A DNA stretch of 63,072 nt, counting the filler. It is 5 parts of 5 records of this genome, joined end to end, with 100 filler letters (N's around TTAATTAATTAA, not from the genome) between each part and the next. Parts side by side here need not be neighbours in the genome. Positions count along the whole stretch, not along the records: positions 1 to 19,662 come from SRR2962707_469; 4 more parts are not named here. One strand, written 5' to 3'. How positions within the stretch are numbered: the stretch's first letter is position 1; each line of letters opens with the position of its first letter. The translations under genes were made by a program, and so were the position numbers. This document shows, one piece after another, positions 1 through 10,588 of this stretch. The notes beneath the pieces are model-generated. The model was not told where the DNA came from. It did no database searches and saw only the letters and a list, made by a program, of their open reading frames with translations.

Positions 1-567
1 GACGATGTTGGCCATGGCCGGGTTGACTTCCGAGCTGAGGTATTCGAATTCCACCTGCAAGACCGCATGCCAGGCTTCTTTCATATCGTGGAAGACCTGA
101 TTCAGTACCATTTGCACAATTCGGGTTTCGGTCGGTGTGAATTCCCGACCCTCGATCTTGGCATGGCGGCCCTCACCACCGAAGAAGTTGTCCACCAGTT
201 TGAACACCAGCTTGGCGTCCAGCACGAACAGGGATGTACCGCGTAACGGGCGAACCTTGCACAGGTTAAGGCTGGTGGGCACGTACAGGGTATGGATGTA
301 CTCACCGAACTTCATGATCTGGACGCCGCCGGTGGAGACATCGGCATTGCGGCGCAGCAGGTTGAACAGACTGATACGGGTATAGCGGGCAAAACGCTCG
401 TTGATCATCTCGAGCGTTGGCATGCGGCCACGGACGATCCGATCCTGGCTGGCGAGGTCGTAGTTCTTTACGCCGGTATCATCGGTCTCTTCATAGGTAT
501 CGATGTCACCATCATCCACCCCGTGGAGGAGGGCATCGATCTCGTCCTGTGACAGTAAATCCTGCAT
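1..567 (-). CDS. fliM: Flagellar motor switch protein FliM (5' part; runs off window start)
   Basis: Manual translation from ATG at 567 gives MQDLLSQDEIDALLHGV...RIVRGRMPTLEMINERFAR...EVNPAMANIV, including the CheY-binding LSQxEIDALL motif. Lies directly downstream of fliL. Not in the ORF track because it has no stop in the window. Confidence 0.96.
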   Translation of the reverse strand, partial: MQDLLSQDEIDALLHGVDDGDIDTYEETDDTGVKNYDLASQDRIVRGRMPTLEMINERFARYTRISLFNLLRRNADVSTGGVQIMKFGEYIHTLYVPTSLNLCKVRPLRGTSLFVLDAKLVFKLVDNFFGGEGRHAKIEGREFTPTETRIVQMVLNQVFHDMKEAWHAVLQVEFEYLSSEVNPAMANIV

Positions 568-609
568 ACCTGTTCCTGCCCCTAACTGTTGGTTATCCGC
601 CCGGTATGA

Positions 610-1110
610 TTACTGAACCACAAAATTCCGGAACAATACCCGGTCGATTGCCGGCTCCCCTTCCTGCTCCAGCACCTGGTTCACAGTCTGCAGCATGCTG
701 TCGGCCAGCGTCTGACGACCTTCCGGCGTTTGCAACTGCATGAAGTCGCTGCTGCCCAGTACCATCACCAGTTGGCTGCGGATAAGCGGCATATGAACAT
801 CAGCAGCGGCCAGTGCCGCAGGATCTTTGGCTTCGAATGACACATAGACCTGGGCATAGCGCTGGCGACCCTGCGCCTGAACGGTAGTCACCAGGGCTTT
901 CTCAATTTCGGTATAACTGCTGGCGACAAACGCGGGCTCTGCCGAAGTCGTGGTTTCGGCGTCATCTGCGCCGGGCAATCCTCCGCCCAGGAACCAGAGT
1001 GTCCCGACCACGGAAAGGCCCACCGCCAGGATAATGATGATCACCAGCATGATGATCAGTTTCAGCTTGCCTTTTTTGGCAGGCGCTTCGGTCGCAGTAT
1101 TTTCGGCCAT
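610..1110 (-). CDS. fliL: Flagellar basal body-associated protein FliL
   Basis: KKGKLK followed by a single TM helix, then MPLIRSQL...LQTPEGRQTL and C-terminal VLFRNFVVQ; sits between fliK and fliM. Confidence 0.93.
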   Translation of the reverse strand: MAENTATEAPAKKGKLKLIIMLVIIIILAVGLSVVGTLWFLGGGLPGADDAETTTSAEPAFVASSYTEIEKALVTTVQAQGRQRYAQVYVSFEAKDPAALAAADVHMPLIRSQLVMVLGSSDFMQLQTPEGRQTLADSMLQTVNQVLEQEGEPAIDRVLFRNFVVQ

Positions 1111-1171
1111 AACACTCGCTTGTCACTTTTTTGGCGTCCGGAAAACTCCGAACAACCTTTCGCTGATGTGA

Positions 1172-1187
1172 TGCAAAGGCCGGGCCA
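1172..1187 (-). promoter_or_regulatory. Sigma-54 (-24/-12) promoter for fliL-fliM
   Basis: Minus strand TGGCCCGGCCTTTGCA (GG-N10-GC), about 60 nt upstream of the fliL ATG. Confidence 0.75.
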
Positions 1188-1291
1188 GACAGCCCATCCC
1201 CTGTATTCAGAACCGCAGTTTAGCGTTGCCGGAGGGGATGGGCAAAGAAGTCGGAAGACAGCAGGCTGAATTGGTCAGAAATCATCCAGGC

Positions 1292-2476
1292 TCAGGCAAA
1301 GACGTCCACTTCACCCCGCCAGCCCAGATCAAGCTGGCCGGTGCTCAACGACTCTGCATCAGCATCGTGGCTGGCCAGGGATGATCCACCAGAAGACCGA
1401 CCATCGCCCCCACCGGCCTCACCACTCTCGCCACCGGCCTGCTGACCGCCCTGGTCAGAGACATCAAACTGCCCCAAGGACAACCCCTGTTCACCCAGCA
1501 TGTCGCGGAGCCGGTGGGAGTGCTGTTCGAGCTGCTCCCTCACCACCGGGTTGGCCGCATGCACGGTGACGCTGGCCTGATCGTTGTGGACTTTTACCTT
1601 GACTTCCATTGGCCCCATATCCGGAGGCGTGAGGTGTATTTCGGCAACCGACATATTGCGGGCGGTCAGCCAACTGAGCTTGCCCATGACCTTGTCGCCC
1701 CACTCCGCCTGTCCAACCGGCACATCCACCGAGGTGGTGTAGCCCCGGAGCGGAATGTTGGCGTCCGCAGCCAGTTTTCCGGGCTGTGCTGCCTGCTGCG
1801 CTGCGGTATCCATTACACTCTGGAATCTGGGATTGGAGAGCAGACTGGTCGGATCAACGGGACGGGCGCTCTCAGCGCTTGTCGCACCGGCAAGCAGGTC
1901 GGTTAGCTGCATGCCCGGAGCCAGAGCGGTGCTGCCTCCCCCGGCAGATGTTTGCCCCGGCAGGCCCTTGATCAGTCCGGGAGTGGCCTGAGTTCCTGTG
2001 AGCGCCATATTTGATGCCAGGCTCTCAGGTCCGCCCGTACCGGATTGGTTGGCGGCTGCAGGATACAGCGACTGAAGATTGGCGAATGTCAGGGGCATCA
2101 GCGGTTCGGCAACGACCAGGGCATCGTCTGCCTCAGTATCGCTGGTATTGCTGGTGTCACTGGCCGAGGAAGGACGGGCCGCTGAATCGGAGTCCGCTAC
2201 CTGCTTTTGGTCAGTGGGCGTATCATTTTTTTCTGGCCGGGTACTGGAGGCTTCGGCTTTCTCATCGGCCCGGTCGGCTGCCTTGCGTTCCTGCGCGGCA
2301 TCAGCCTGATCCCGACGTTCGGCGCGCTTGGCATCCATCCGCTTCTGCTCGGCCCTGGACAGCTCGTCAAAACGACTGTCACCGGCCTCCGGGTCCTTCC
2401 GGCCTTGCGATTTCGCTGCACCGACCTCTGGCTGACTCGTTTTCGCCGGTGCCTGGGGAAGTATGGTCTGTTGCAT
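1292..2476 (-). CDS. fliK: Flagellar hook-length control protein FliK
   Basis: Low-complexity N-terminus and a C-terminal FliK domain (AEIHLTPPDMGPMEVKV...VREQLEQHSHRLRDML...VDVFA). Confidence 0.93.
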   Translation of the reverse strand: MQQTILPQAPAKTSQPEVGAAKSQGRKDPEAGDSRFDELSRAEQKRMDAKRAERRDQADAAQERKAADRADEKAEASSTRPEKNDTPTDQKQVADSDSAARPSSASDTSNTSDTEADDALVVAEPLMPLTFANLQSLYPAAANQSGTGGPESLASNMALTGTQATPGLIKGLPGQTSAGGGSTALAPGMQLTDLLAGATSAESARPVDPTSLLSNPRFQSVMDTAAQQAAQPGKLAADANIPLRGYTTSVDVPVGQAEWGDKVMGKLSWLTARNMSVAEIHLTPPDMGPMEVKVKVHNDQASVTVHAANPVVREQLEQHSHRLRDMLGEQGLSLGQFDVSDQGGQQAGGESGEAGGGDGRSSGGSSLASHDADAESLSTGQLDLGWRGEVDVFA

Positions 2477-2536
2477 GGCAACCTCTTGCCGCTTTAGATC
2501 TCAGGTAGCCCCTGTTCGGAGCGTTTTCCTGAGAGC

Positions 2537-2552
2537 TGCAAAAGCGGTGCCA
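2537..2552 (-). promoter_or_regulatory. Sigma-54 promoter for fliK
   Basis: Minus strand TGGCAC-CGCTT-TTGCA, a perfect match to TGGCAC-N5-TTGCW, 60 nt upstream of fliK. Confidence 0.85.
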
Positions 2553-2573
2553 AACCTTCACACGGGCTGACGT

Positions 2574-2924
2574 TCAGGCCTCCTGGCCAAAGTTTTGCAA
2601 ACGTCTAGCCACCTCCGAAAACTCGGCCTCAATCCGTTCAAGCACTGCAGGGGCCTGTTCCAGAGTGGCGTCCTTGCCCAGTTGCTCGGCCTCAAAACAC
2701 AGGCCTCCGAGCCTGGGAGCACCGATATTGATGCAACTGCCCTTGAAGCTGTGCGCGGTCTTGGCGAAGTGCTCCGGGTCGGCCGTTGCCAGCGCCTCTT
2801 TCAGGCCGTCAATGCGTGAACGGGAGTCTGCCAGGTAGGTCTGGATCAGGACATCAAACTCGTCTTCCATCACATCCTGCAGTTCGGCCAGCGCCTCCAC
2901 GTCAAGATGGGGTTTGTCGTTCAT
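2574..2924 (-). CDS. hptB: Histidine phosphotransfer (Hpt) protein, HptB-like
   Basis: AHSFKGSCINIGA Hpt signature; follows the STAS and REC-PP2C-kinase genes as in pseudomonad flagellar clusters. Confidence 0.85.
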   Translation of the reverse strand: MNDKPHLDVEALAELQDVMEDEFDVLIQTYLADSRSRIDGLKEALATADPEHFAKTAHSFKGSCINIGAPRLGGLCFEAEQLGKDATLEQAPAVLERIEAEFSEVARRLQNFGQEA

Positions 2925-2947
2925 TCGCTATCCTCGTTTGTCGGCAC

Positions 2948-4672
2948 TCAGGCGCCACTGATTATGGCCGCGTCGGGGAACCACCAATCATAGACGATTT
3001 CCACGCGATTGCCCCGGCCGTGAACCTTGAGATTTCGCGTCATACGCCGGAGGATCTCAAGTCCCCGGCCCGCGTATCGGCCGGTTGAAGCCGCCTGCTG
3101 TTGCATCACTGTGTCAGAATATTCAGTGAAATCAAAACCATCACCACTGTCTTCACAGACAACGGTAAGGGTACCTCCACCCTCCCTGGGCTGATGCTCA
3201 AGAGAAAACCGTATGAAATGCCCATCGGTGTTCCCCAGTCTGCGCGTTCGCTCCTGGTAATAGCGGCTGAAACCGCCAGGTGACGTTTTCCACTCTGAGG
3301 ACAGGGCCAGAACACCGTGCTCAAGAGCATTGTTGTAGAGTTCCGACAACAGGGTGTAGACCTCGCCGCTTCGGCTCCTCAGTCCGGGCACCTCCATACA
3401 GATATGCAGTAAAAGCGGCAGGGGGTTGAAGTCTGCCAGTGTCTGTTCCCTCAGCTCATAGACGCAGCGCCAGTCCGCCGGGCCCGTCAACGCCGATTCA
3501 GGAATCTTGTCGGGCATTGCTTCTGGCGCCTCGGCCCGGACCATTTGCAGGCAGCAGAGCGTCAGGTCATCAGCCAGCTCTGGCTTCCCGGTGTGCTGCT
3601 GCATTCTCTCCAGCAGGGCCTCGAACGGCTCCTGCCCTGGTTCCAGACCCGCCAGAACGCTCAAGACACCTTCCTCGCCCAGGCTTTCACCGCCACTATT
3701 GGGCGCCTCGGGGAGCCCGTCGGTCATCATCACCAGCCAGTCGCCCGGTGCGGCATCCAGCACGGTCATGGAGGCCGAAAACTGGTCCGGCTCCCGGACA
3801 CCCAGCGGCAGATGCCGGGACGGAATGGCGACACGGTCGCCTCCGGCACGCAACAGCCAGCCATCCGGCAAGCCACCATTCCAGACACGCAGGCTGTTGT
3901 GTTTGAAGTCAGCCTCAACCATCAAACCACAACAGAACATGCCTACCGGCAGTATTCGCCGAAGCTTGCGGTTAATTTCCCGGAGGACATCCGGGGCGCC
4001 AAAGCCTTTGGCCGCCATCCCGTAGAAGATTTCAGCAACCGGCATGGCGCCAATGGCGGCAGGTAATCCGTGCCCGGTGAAATCACCCAGAAACACCAGA
4101 GTGCCGCCCCCGGGGCGCTGAGCAGCGAACAATACATCACCGTTGAAAACCGAGAGGGGGGATGCATGGTGGCGGATGTTGGGGGCATCCAGACAACCGG
4201 TATGGGCAATGTTATCAAACACCCGCCGCGCCGTGCGCTGCTCGTCCAGCATCTGCTGATTCTGGCGCCGAATATGGTCACGCTGGTCCGACAATGCCTG
4301 GTGCAACCCTCTCATACGATTAAACGCGTTAATCTTCGCTTCCAGAATCACGCGATTGTAGGGTTTGACGAGAAAGTCGTCGCCGCCGGCCTCAAGACAC
4401 CGGGCCAGATCACCCGCCCCCGACAGGGAGGTGAGAAAGATGAGCGGCACCAGGCGCTCGCCTGCCAGAGCCTTGATTTGACGAGCGGCCTCCATTCCGT
4501 CCATCCGCGGCATCAGGGCGTCCAGCAACACCAGATCCGGCTGGGTCTCCCGGAACAGATCCACCGCCTCGGTACCGTCTTCGGCTTCAATCACGGTATG
4601 GCCCAGGCGCTTTACCAGCCGCGCCAGAATCAACCTGTCGCTGGCACTGTCCTCGGCAAGAAGTACCTTCAA
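2948..4672 (-). CDS. hsbR: Fused receiver / PP2C (SpoIIE) phosphatase / HATPase-like anti-sigma kinase, HsbR-like
   Basis: Receiver (KVLLAED...DLVLLDALMP...KP), PP2C motifs GDFTGHG, MTDG and DDLT, and HATPase-like ELYNNALEHG...DSGDGFD...GRGL. TTG start at 4672 with GAGG RBS is preferred over the ORF-track start at 4786, which overlaps the STAS gene. Confidence 0.85.
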   Translation of the reverse strand: MKVLLAEDSASDRLILARLVKRLGHTVIEAEDGTEAVDLFRETQPDLVLLDALMPRMDGMEAARQIKALAGERLVPLIFLTSLSGAGDLARCLEAGGDDFLVKPYNRVILEAKINAFNRMRGLHQALSDQRDHIRRQNQQMLDEQRTARRVFDNIAHTGCLDAPNIRHHASPLSVFNGDVLFAAQRPGGGTLVFLGDFTGHGLPAAIGAMPVAEIFYGMAAKGFGAPDVLREINRKLRRILPVGMFCCGLMVEADFKHNSLRVWNGGLPDGWLLRAGGDRVAIPSRHLPLGVREPDQFSASMTVLDAAPGDWLVMMTDGLPEAPNSGGESLGEEGVLSVLAGLEPGQEPFEALLERMQQHTGKPELADDLTLCCLQMVRAEAPEAMPDKIPESALTGPADWRCVYELREQTLADFNPLPLLLHICMEVPGLRSRSGEVYTLLSELYNNALEHGVLALSSEWKTSPGGFSRYYQERTRRLGNTDGHFIRFSLEHQPREGGGTLTVVCEDSGDGFDFTEYSDTVMQQQAASTGRYAGRGLEILRRMTRNLKVHGRGNRVEIVYDWWFPDAAIISGA

Positions 4673-4682
4673 GGGAATCGCC

Positions 4683-4988
4683 TCAGCGAATGCTGAACAA
4701 CTGCTCGAAGTTGGAAATGGAGAGAATTCGCCGGACATCGCTGTTGCAGTTCTCGATTGAGATGCGGGCGCCATCTCCGCCGGCATGATCCCTTAACAGA
4801 AGCAACATGCCCAGAGCAGAGCTGTCGAGGTAAGTGGTGTCTGAAAGATCAATGACGTAGTGGCTGACGGTGGGTTCGCTGTGCTCGTAGGCATCCCGAA
4901 AGGATTGATGGGTACTGAAATCGAACCGACCCTCCACGCAGATCGTGAGGGTCTTGCCGTCATCGCTCCGGCGTGTCTCTATAGGCAT
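4683..4988 (-). CDS. hsbA: STAS-domain anti-anti-sigma factor, HsbA-like
   Basis: GRFDFS...IDLSDTTYLDSSALGMLLLL with the phosphorylatable Ser of STAS domains. Confidence 0.87.
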   Translation of the reverse strand: MPIETRRSDDGKTLTICVEGRFDFSTHQSFRDAYEHSEPTVSHYVIDLSDTTYLDSSALGMLLLLRDHAGGDGARISIENCNSDVRRILSISNFEQLFSIR

Positions 4989-5125
4989 TCCTGAACCTCC
5001 CGGCACATTCCACCAATGACTTTCCTTCGCTGCCAGCCATTGATGGCAAGCTTATCTGGTAAAGGATAGTCAAATAAACGGAAATTGCATCCGGGTTATC
5101 TGATGCAGATCACCGGGGACTTCAA

Positions 5126-5569
5126 TTATCGCTGTCGCCGGGCAAAGGCCCGACCGGCAGCTTCGTCCGCCAGTTTCTGGTCTCTGAGATCCTGTTCCCG
5201 CTGTTCCTGTTGCCGGCAGGACTCAATGTATTTTTCCATACCACGGCGACGTTCCCAGGCCTGTTGCCACTCCCGGCGCCTGGCTTCAAACACCTGTTCC
5301 GCCTGTTGCAGCTGCCGCTGTTGCTGGGCAATCACCTGGTCCAGTTGGGCAATAAAAGCCTGCCAGGCCTGCAGCCGCGCCACAGGAACAACACCCTGCT
5401 GGCTCGCGCGGATCTGGTCACGATACTCCTGCTGATAGCGCTCCAGGTTTTCCACCTGTTCGCGATGCGCCTCCACCTGCTTACGGGCCTCACCAAGGCG
5501 CTCCAACGCTTCCTGTTCTTTCCGCTCTTCAAGGGAGAGGACAACTTCAAGCCGTTTCGATCGCAACAT
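5126..5569 (-). CDS. fliJ: Flagellar export protein FliJ
   Basis: 147-aa coiled-coil protein immediately downstream of fliI, ending EQDLRDQKLADE. Confidence 0.9.
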   Translation of the reverse strand: MLRSKRLEVVLSLEERKEQEALERLGEARKQVEAHREQVENLERYQQEYRDQIRASQQGVVPVARLQAWQAFIAQLDQVIAQQQRQLQQAEQVFEARRREWQQAWERRRGMEKYIESCRQQEQREQDLRDQKLADEAAGRAFARRQR

Positions 5570-6960
5570 CAGACATTATCCCGATTGCCGGCGGGGTTCG
5601 GCACCGCCGTCTTTCTTCGTTCCGGTGAACGTCGTTCCGGCACTACCGCCATCAGTTGCTCAATCGCCTCCGTGAGGGGAGCACTTTCATTCAGCCCCTG
5701 CTGCAGAAACTGGCTCATATTGCCTATGTGCTGGATGGCAAAGTCAGTCTCCGGGTCGGAACCTTTCACATAGGCACCCACACTGATCAGATCACGGGCC
5801 TGCTGGTAACGGGAGTAAACCTGCTTGAATCTCTGGGCCCGGGAGAAATGCTCAGAATCAGTCACCTGGGGCATTACCCGGCTGATAGAGGCCTCCACAT
5901 CAATCGCCGGATAATGGCCTTCTTCCGCCAGCCGCCGGGATAAGACGATGTGACCATCAAGGATGGCCCTGGCTGCGTCGGCAATGGGATCCTGCTGATC
6001 GTCGCCTTCCGTCAGAACGGTATAAAACGCGGTAATGGAACCACCGCCGGGTCGGCCATTGCCTGTGCGCTCAACAAGTTGCGGCAGCTTGGCAAAAACC
6101 GAGGGCGGATACCCCTTGGTCGCCGGTGGTTCGCCAACGGCCAGGGCGATCTCCCGCTGTGCCTGGGCGTAGCGGGTGAGAGAATCCATTAAAAGAAGAA
6201 CGCGCTTACCCTGATCGCGGTAGTATTCGGCAATTCGGGTGGTGAGCATGGCAGCGCGCAGGCGCATCAACGGCGAGTCATCTGCCGGAGCGGCTACAAC
6301 CACGGAACGAGCCAGGCCTTCATCGCCGAGAATGTCCTCGATGAATTCCTTGACCTCCCGGCCCCGTTCACCAATCAACCCAACCACGGTAATGTCAGCA
6401 TCCGTGAACCGGGTCATCATTCCCAGCAGCATACTCTTACCGACACCACTGCCGGCAAACAGGCCGAGACGCTGCCCCTGCCCTACGGTCAGCAACGCGT
6501 TGATTGCACGGATTCCCACATCCATGGACTGACGCACCGGAGCCCGGTTCAATGGGTTGATGATGTCGCCGGTCAGCTGCACTCTGGCCTCTGCCTGCAA
6601 CGGTCCCTTGCCGTCCAGCGGGTCGCCGGCACCATTCACCACTCGCCCCAGCATTTGCGGGCCAACCGGTACCCTGCTGGCCGAGGCCAGAGGAATCACC
6701 CGAGCTCCGGGCTTGAGACCTTCGATGGCGGTCAGCGGCATCAGGTAAACCTTATCTTCCTCAAACCCCACCACTTCCGCTTCAACACTGGTGGCGCTAT
6801 CACCCTGAATCAGACAACGGTCCCCCACCACCATCGGGCAACCCACGCACTCCAGCGTGAGACCCACCATGCGGGTGAGCCGGCCAGACAATTCTGGCGC
6901 AGGCTCGTCGCTGATGGCCCCCTGAAGCTGCCGTAACCGTTCAGCCAGGCGTGATGTCAT
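5569..6960 (-). CDS. fliI: Flagellum-specific export ATPase FliI
   Basis: Walker [26 protein letters not shown] and [14 protein letters not shown]. Confidence 0.97.
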   Translation of the reverse strand: MTSRLAERLRQLQGAISDEPAPELSGRLTRMVGLTLECVGCPMVVGDRCLIQGDSATSVEAEVVGFEEDKVYLMPLTAIEGLKPGARVIPLASASRVPVGPQMLGRVVNGAGDPLDGKGPLQAEARVQLTGDIINPLNRAPVRQSMDVGIRAINALLTVGQGQRLGLFAGSGVGKSMLLGMMTRFTDADITVVGLIGERGREVKEFIEDILGDEGLARSVVVAAPADDSPLMRLRAAMLTTRIAEYYRDQGKRVLLLMDSLTRYAQAQREIALAVGEPPATKGYPPSVFAKLPQLVERTGNGRPGGGSITAFYTVLTEGDDQQDPIADAARAILDGHIVLSRRLAEEGHYPAIDVEASISRVMPQVTDSEHFSRAQRFKQVYSRYQQARDLISVGAYVKGSDPETDFAIQHIGNMSQFLQQGLNESAPLTEAIEQLMAVVPERRSPERRKTAVPNPAGNRDNV

Positions 6961-7831
6961 CGTCCTGGCCCTGGTCGTTGAATTCGTCAGACTCGGATTC
7001 TGGCGGTGATGTCATGCCCGAATCACTCAGCACATCCCGGTGAAAATCGGTCAGCTCCCCCATACTGGGTGCCAGCTCCTCCTGATCCGGACCGGCAGGC
7101 TCCGCCAGCTGTTCTTCCAGCATACCCTGAACCACCCGCTGGAAGCGCTTCTCCACGGTGTAATCCACCAGACTATGGCGCGATTCCACTTTACAGCCAC
7201 CAGGCATGAGAGAGTCATCCTCAATGAGAACCGCCGGTGATTCCAGGCGCTCTGTGACTTCCCGTACCGGCTCGATATCGTCGGGGTGAATATGAATGCG
7301 TAGATTGTCGGCGGTAGAGGGCAGTGACGATAGAGCCCGACGCACCACCTGGCGAATCTGGGAGGAATCAATGCTGAGCTCACGGAAGACCACCGCCCGG
7401 GCCAATACGGTAGTGAGGTTGACCAGCACCGCTTCCAGCTCGTCTTCATGGCGTTCGATGGGCAACAACAGCTCACCCATCAGATGCTCCAGCCGTTCCA
7501 TCCGGGAGGCAACTTCCTGACGCGTCTGCTCCGCTGCCTGCTGCTCACCCTCGCTCCGACCCTCCGCCTCGCCTGCGGCGTAGCCATCTTTGTGCCCGTC
7601 TGCGCGACCCTGCTCAAAGCCTTCCGCGTAACCGGCCTGCCGGCCCTCCTGAAAACCGTCCTCGCGGGCAGCCTGGCGAATCTCTTCCAGGTCGGCCGCG
7701 GTCAGCGGCTTGACTTCCTCTTCCTCGACAACCTGGTTTCCGCGCTCATCAAGCAGAGGCAATTCCCACCGTTCCCAGGCGGTCATCTGTTCTTTCGGTA
7801 TGCGCTTGCTGTCCTGATCGGAATCTTTCAT
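6941..7831 (-). CDS. fliH: Flagellar assembly protein FliH
   Basis: N-terminal WERWELP, GxxxG repeats ([17 protein letters not shown]) and C-terminal PGGCKVES. Confidence 0.92.
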   Translation of the reverse strand: MKDSDQDSKRIPKEQMTAWERWELPLLDERGNQVVEEEEVKPLTAADLEEIRQAAREDGFQEGRQAGYAEGFEQGRADGHKDGYAAGEAEGRSEGEQQAAEQTRQEVASRMERLEHLMGELLLPIERHEDELEAVLVNLTTVLARAVVFRELSIDSSQIRQVVRRALSSLPSTADNLRIHIHPDDIEPVREVTERLESPAVLIEDDSLMPGGCKVESRHSLVDYTVEKRFQRVVQGMLEEQLAEPAGPDQEELAPSMGELTDFHRDVLSDSGMTSPPESESDEFNDQGQDDDITPG

Positions 7832-8874
7832 CACATCATTTCTTCGCCACTACCACCCAGCGAGATCTCGCCGGCTTCAGCCATACGGCGAGCAACAGTG
7901 ATAATGTCTTTCTGGGCCGCTTCGACTTCGCTGACCTTGACCGGCCCCTTGGCTTCCAGATCATCCTGCAGCAACTCCGCAGCACGCTTGGACATGTTCT
8001 TGAAGATCTTCTCCTTGACGGCTTCGTCGGCACCTTTGAGCGCCACCACCAGCACCTCCGAGGAGACCTCTCGAAGCAGCGCCTGAATACCCCGATCATC
8101 GATATCCTTGAGGTTATCAAACACGAACATGAGGTCTTCAATGGTGGACGCCAGATCAGGATCCATGTCTTTGATGGAATCCATCAACGAGCCCTCAATC
8201 CCGCGATCCATGAAGTTCATGATATCGGCCGCTCGCTTCACACCACCAATCCGACTGGTCTGGGAGGCCGCGCCACCGGAGAACTGCTTCTCAAGGATGT
8301 CGTTCAGTTCCTGCAGGGCCTGTGGCTGAATGCTTTCCAGCGACGCCACCCGCATCATCACATCCAGTCGCACTTTTTCATCAAGTGTGCCAAGAATTTC
8401 AGCGGCCTGGTCCGGGTCTAGGTAGGAGATAACAATGGCCTGAATCTGGGGATGCTCGTAACGGATAATATCGCCCACAGCCCGGGGCTCCATCCACTTA
8501 AGAGTATCCAGGCCGGTGGTATTGCCGCCAATCAGGATTCGGTCAATCAGGCTCGCGGCCTTGTCATCACCCAGCGCCTGGGTGAGCATCGCCCGGATAT
8601 AATCGTCATTACCAACCCCCAAACCGGTCTGGCCGCCGACAGCGTCCACAAACTGGTTAAGCACGTAGGTGACGTCGTCCTTGCTGACGTCTTTCATCTG
8701 CGCCATGGCGACGCCAACCCGCTGAACCTCTTTCGGCCCCATGTGCTTGAGCACCTCCGCAGCGTCCGCTTCACCCAGAGACATCAGCAGGATCGCTGCC
8801 TGCTCCACTCGCGGAATCTTGCGCTGCGGCTTTTTCGGGGCATCCCCCTGCAACTGGCCGTTTTCTTCAGTCAT
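7831..8874 (-). CDS. fliG: Flagellar motor switch protein FliG
   Basis: AAILLMSLGE, EHPQ, MFVFDNL and NMSKRAA motifs. Confidence 0.97.
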   Translation of the reverse strand: MTEENGQLQGDAPKKPQRKIPRVEQAAILLMSLGEADAAEVLKHMGPKEVQRVGVAMAQMKDVSKDDVTYVLNQFVDAVGGQTGLGVGNDDYIRAMLTQALGDDKAASLIDRILIGGNTTGLDTLKWMEPRAVGDIIRYEHPQIQAIVISYLDPDQAAEILGTLDEKVRLDVMMRVASLESIQPQALQELNDILEKQFSGGAASQTSRIGGVKRAADIMNFMDRGIEGSLMDSIKDMDPDLASTIEDLMFVFDNLKDIDDRGIQALLREVSSEVLVVALKGADEAVKEKIFKNMSKRAAELLQDDLEAKGPVKVSEVEAAQKDIITVARRMAEAGEISLGGSGEEMM

Positions 8875-10573
8875 CGACGTTCACCCACTGGCGCATAACC
8901 TGTGCAACCCTGGCGGGATCTTCCGCAATCAGGCCTTTGAGTGCATTCAACTGTCTATCATAGCTGTCTGTGGCGCCCGGCAAAAGCAGGTCGTCCTGAG
9001 ACGACATGGCATCACGTAGTGCCTGCCCGCCTTCAATATCAGCAAGGCCGCCATACTCCCCCTCATCTCCGCTTTCACCACGCTCGCGGCGGCCGCCACC
9101 GGACAGCGTCTTCAGGGTGGGGCGCAGCAAGCCAAGCACCAGAATCAGAATGACCAGTCCTGCCAATACCTGCTTCATAAAATCCCAGAACCAGGGCTGC
9201 TCCCAGAAGCCCGGAGCTTCAAACTCCACCGCTTCCTCAGGGGCAAACGCCGTATTCATGACGGTAACGCTGTCTCCGCGGGACGCGGAATAGCCAACCG
9301 CATCACGCACCAGCATGCTCAGCCGTTGCAGTTCGGCCTCTGGCCAGGGTTGATAGCTCACCTCGCCGGTTTCAGGGTCGACCACTTTCATGTCATCCAC
9401 GGCGAGGGCCACGGTCACCCGCTTGACCGCACCCAGTTCCTGACGGGTGTAGCTGACGGTACGATCCAGTTCATAGTTCCGGGTGGATTCACTCCGGACA
9501 TTCACCGGCGGAGCCGCGGGGGCGCCATCTTCACCTTGGGCCGCATTGGCCTGCTCCGGAACCGTGGCGGCCCCTGGCGGCTGATTGGCCAGCGCACCGG
9601 GAATGCCACCCTGGGCTCCCGCCACACGCTGCTCAGACAACTCGCGCTCACTGCGCACCGCCTGCTGCTCCGGGTTGTATAACTCTTCGGCCCGCTCGAC
9701 CGCCGAGAAGTCCAGGTCCGCAGTGACTTCCGCGCGGTAACGCCCTTCGCCGACAATCGGGCCAATAAGGGACGCGACACGGCGGGTCAGCCGTTCTTCA
9801 ACCCTGGACGTGTATTCATACTGGTCTTTCATCCGATCCGTTTCGGCCTGAACATCATCGCCCGTCAATAGATTGCCGTTCTGGTCAACTACAGTGACCT
9901 GATCCCGGTTCATCATCGGGATGCTGCCGGCCACCAGGTTGACGATGGCCCGAATCTGTTCTGGCTCAGGACGACGGCCCGCAAACACTTCAAGAAACAC
10001 CGAGGCGGTCGGTTCACGGGCATCCCGGATAAACACCGAACGCTCGGGAATGGCCAGGTGCACCCGGGCATTTCGAACACCACGCATGGCGGCGATGGTC
10101 CGGGCCAGTTCGCCCTCCAGTCCGCGCCGGTAGCTGATGGTTTCCATAAACTGGGACGTTCCCAGACCACGTTCCTGGTCCAGCAACTCATAACCCATGG
10201 TCTTCTGGTCGGTTACGCCTTCAGCAGCAAGCTTGAGGCGCGCGTTATAGACCTGTTCAGACGGCACCAGCAATGCTCCGGTGCGGGGGTCCATCTTGTA
10301 ATCGATACCATTGCTGTCGAGGATGGTGGTCACGTCCTGCGGGTTGTAGGCAGACAGATCCCCCACCACCGGCTGGTAATTGGGCTCCTGGGCCCAGAGC
10401 ACCACAGCCAAACCCAGTGCCACGCTGGCGGCCAGCCCCACCATAAGCCCGACCTGGCGCAGCAGATTCAATCGGTTGAACCCGAGCAAAGGATTGCTAC
10501 GGCTCTCAGGAGTATCACTCTCCTGGGTAGCCGGCAGGTCAGAGGCGGCGGTTTCCGCGGGTACGCTTGCCAT
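8867..10573 (-). CDS. fliF: Flagellar MS-ring protein FliF
   Basis: Two TM segments, LEGELARTI...ARVHLAIP and AVGYSASRGDSVTV. Confidence 0.96.
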   Translation of the reverse strand: MASVPAETAASDLPATQESDTPESRSNPLLGFNRLNLLRQVGLMVGLAASVALGLAVVLWAQEPNYQPVVGDLSAYNPQDVTTILDSNGIDYKMDPRTGALLVPSEQVYNARLKLAAEGVTDQKTMGYELLDQERGLGTSQFMETISYRRGLEGELARTIAAMRGVRNARVHLAIPERSVFIRDAREPTASVFLEVFAGRRPEPEQIRAIVNLVAGSIPMMNRDQVTVVDQNGNLLTGDDVQAETDRMKDQYEYTSRVEERLTRRVASLIGPIVGEGRYRAEVTADLDFSAVERAEELYNPEQQAVRSERELSEQRVAGAQGGIPGALANQPPGAATVPEQANAAQGEDGAPAAPPVNVRSESTRNYELDRTVSYTRQELGAVKRVTVALAVDDMKVVDPETGEVSYQPWPEAELQRLSMLVRDAVGYSASRGDSVTVMNTAFAPEEAVEFEAPGFWEQPWFWDFMKQVLAGLVILILVLGLLRPTLKTLSGGGRRERGESGDEGEYGGLADIEGGQALRDAMSSQDDLLLPGATDSYDRQLNALKGLIAEDPARVAQVMRQWVNVDD

Positions 10574-10588
10574 GCTGTTGCTCCGTTA

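Noticed and set aside
4673-4786. N-terminal extension of the HsbR-like protein overlapping the STAS gene
   Set aside because: TTG at 4672 has an RBS and begins exactly at the receiver domain.
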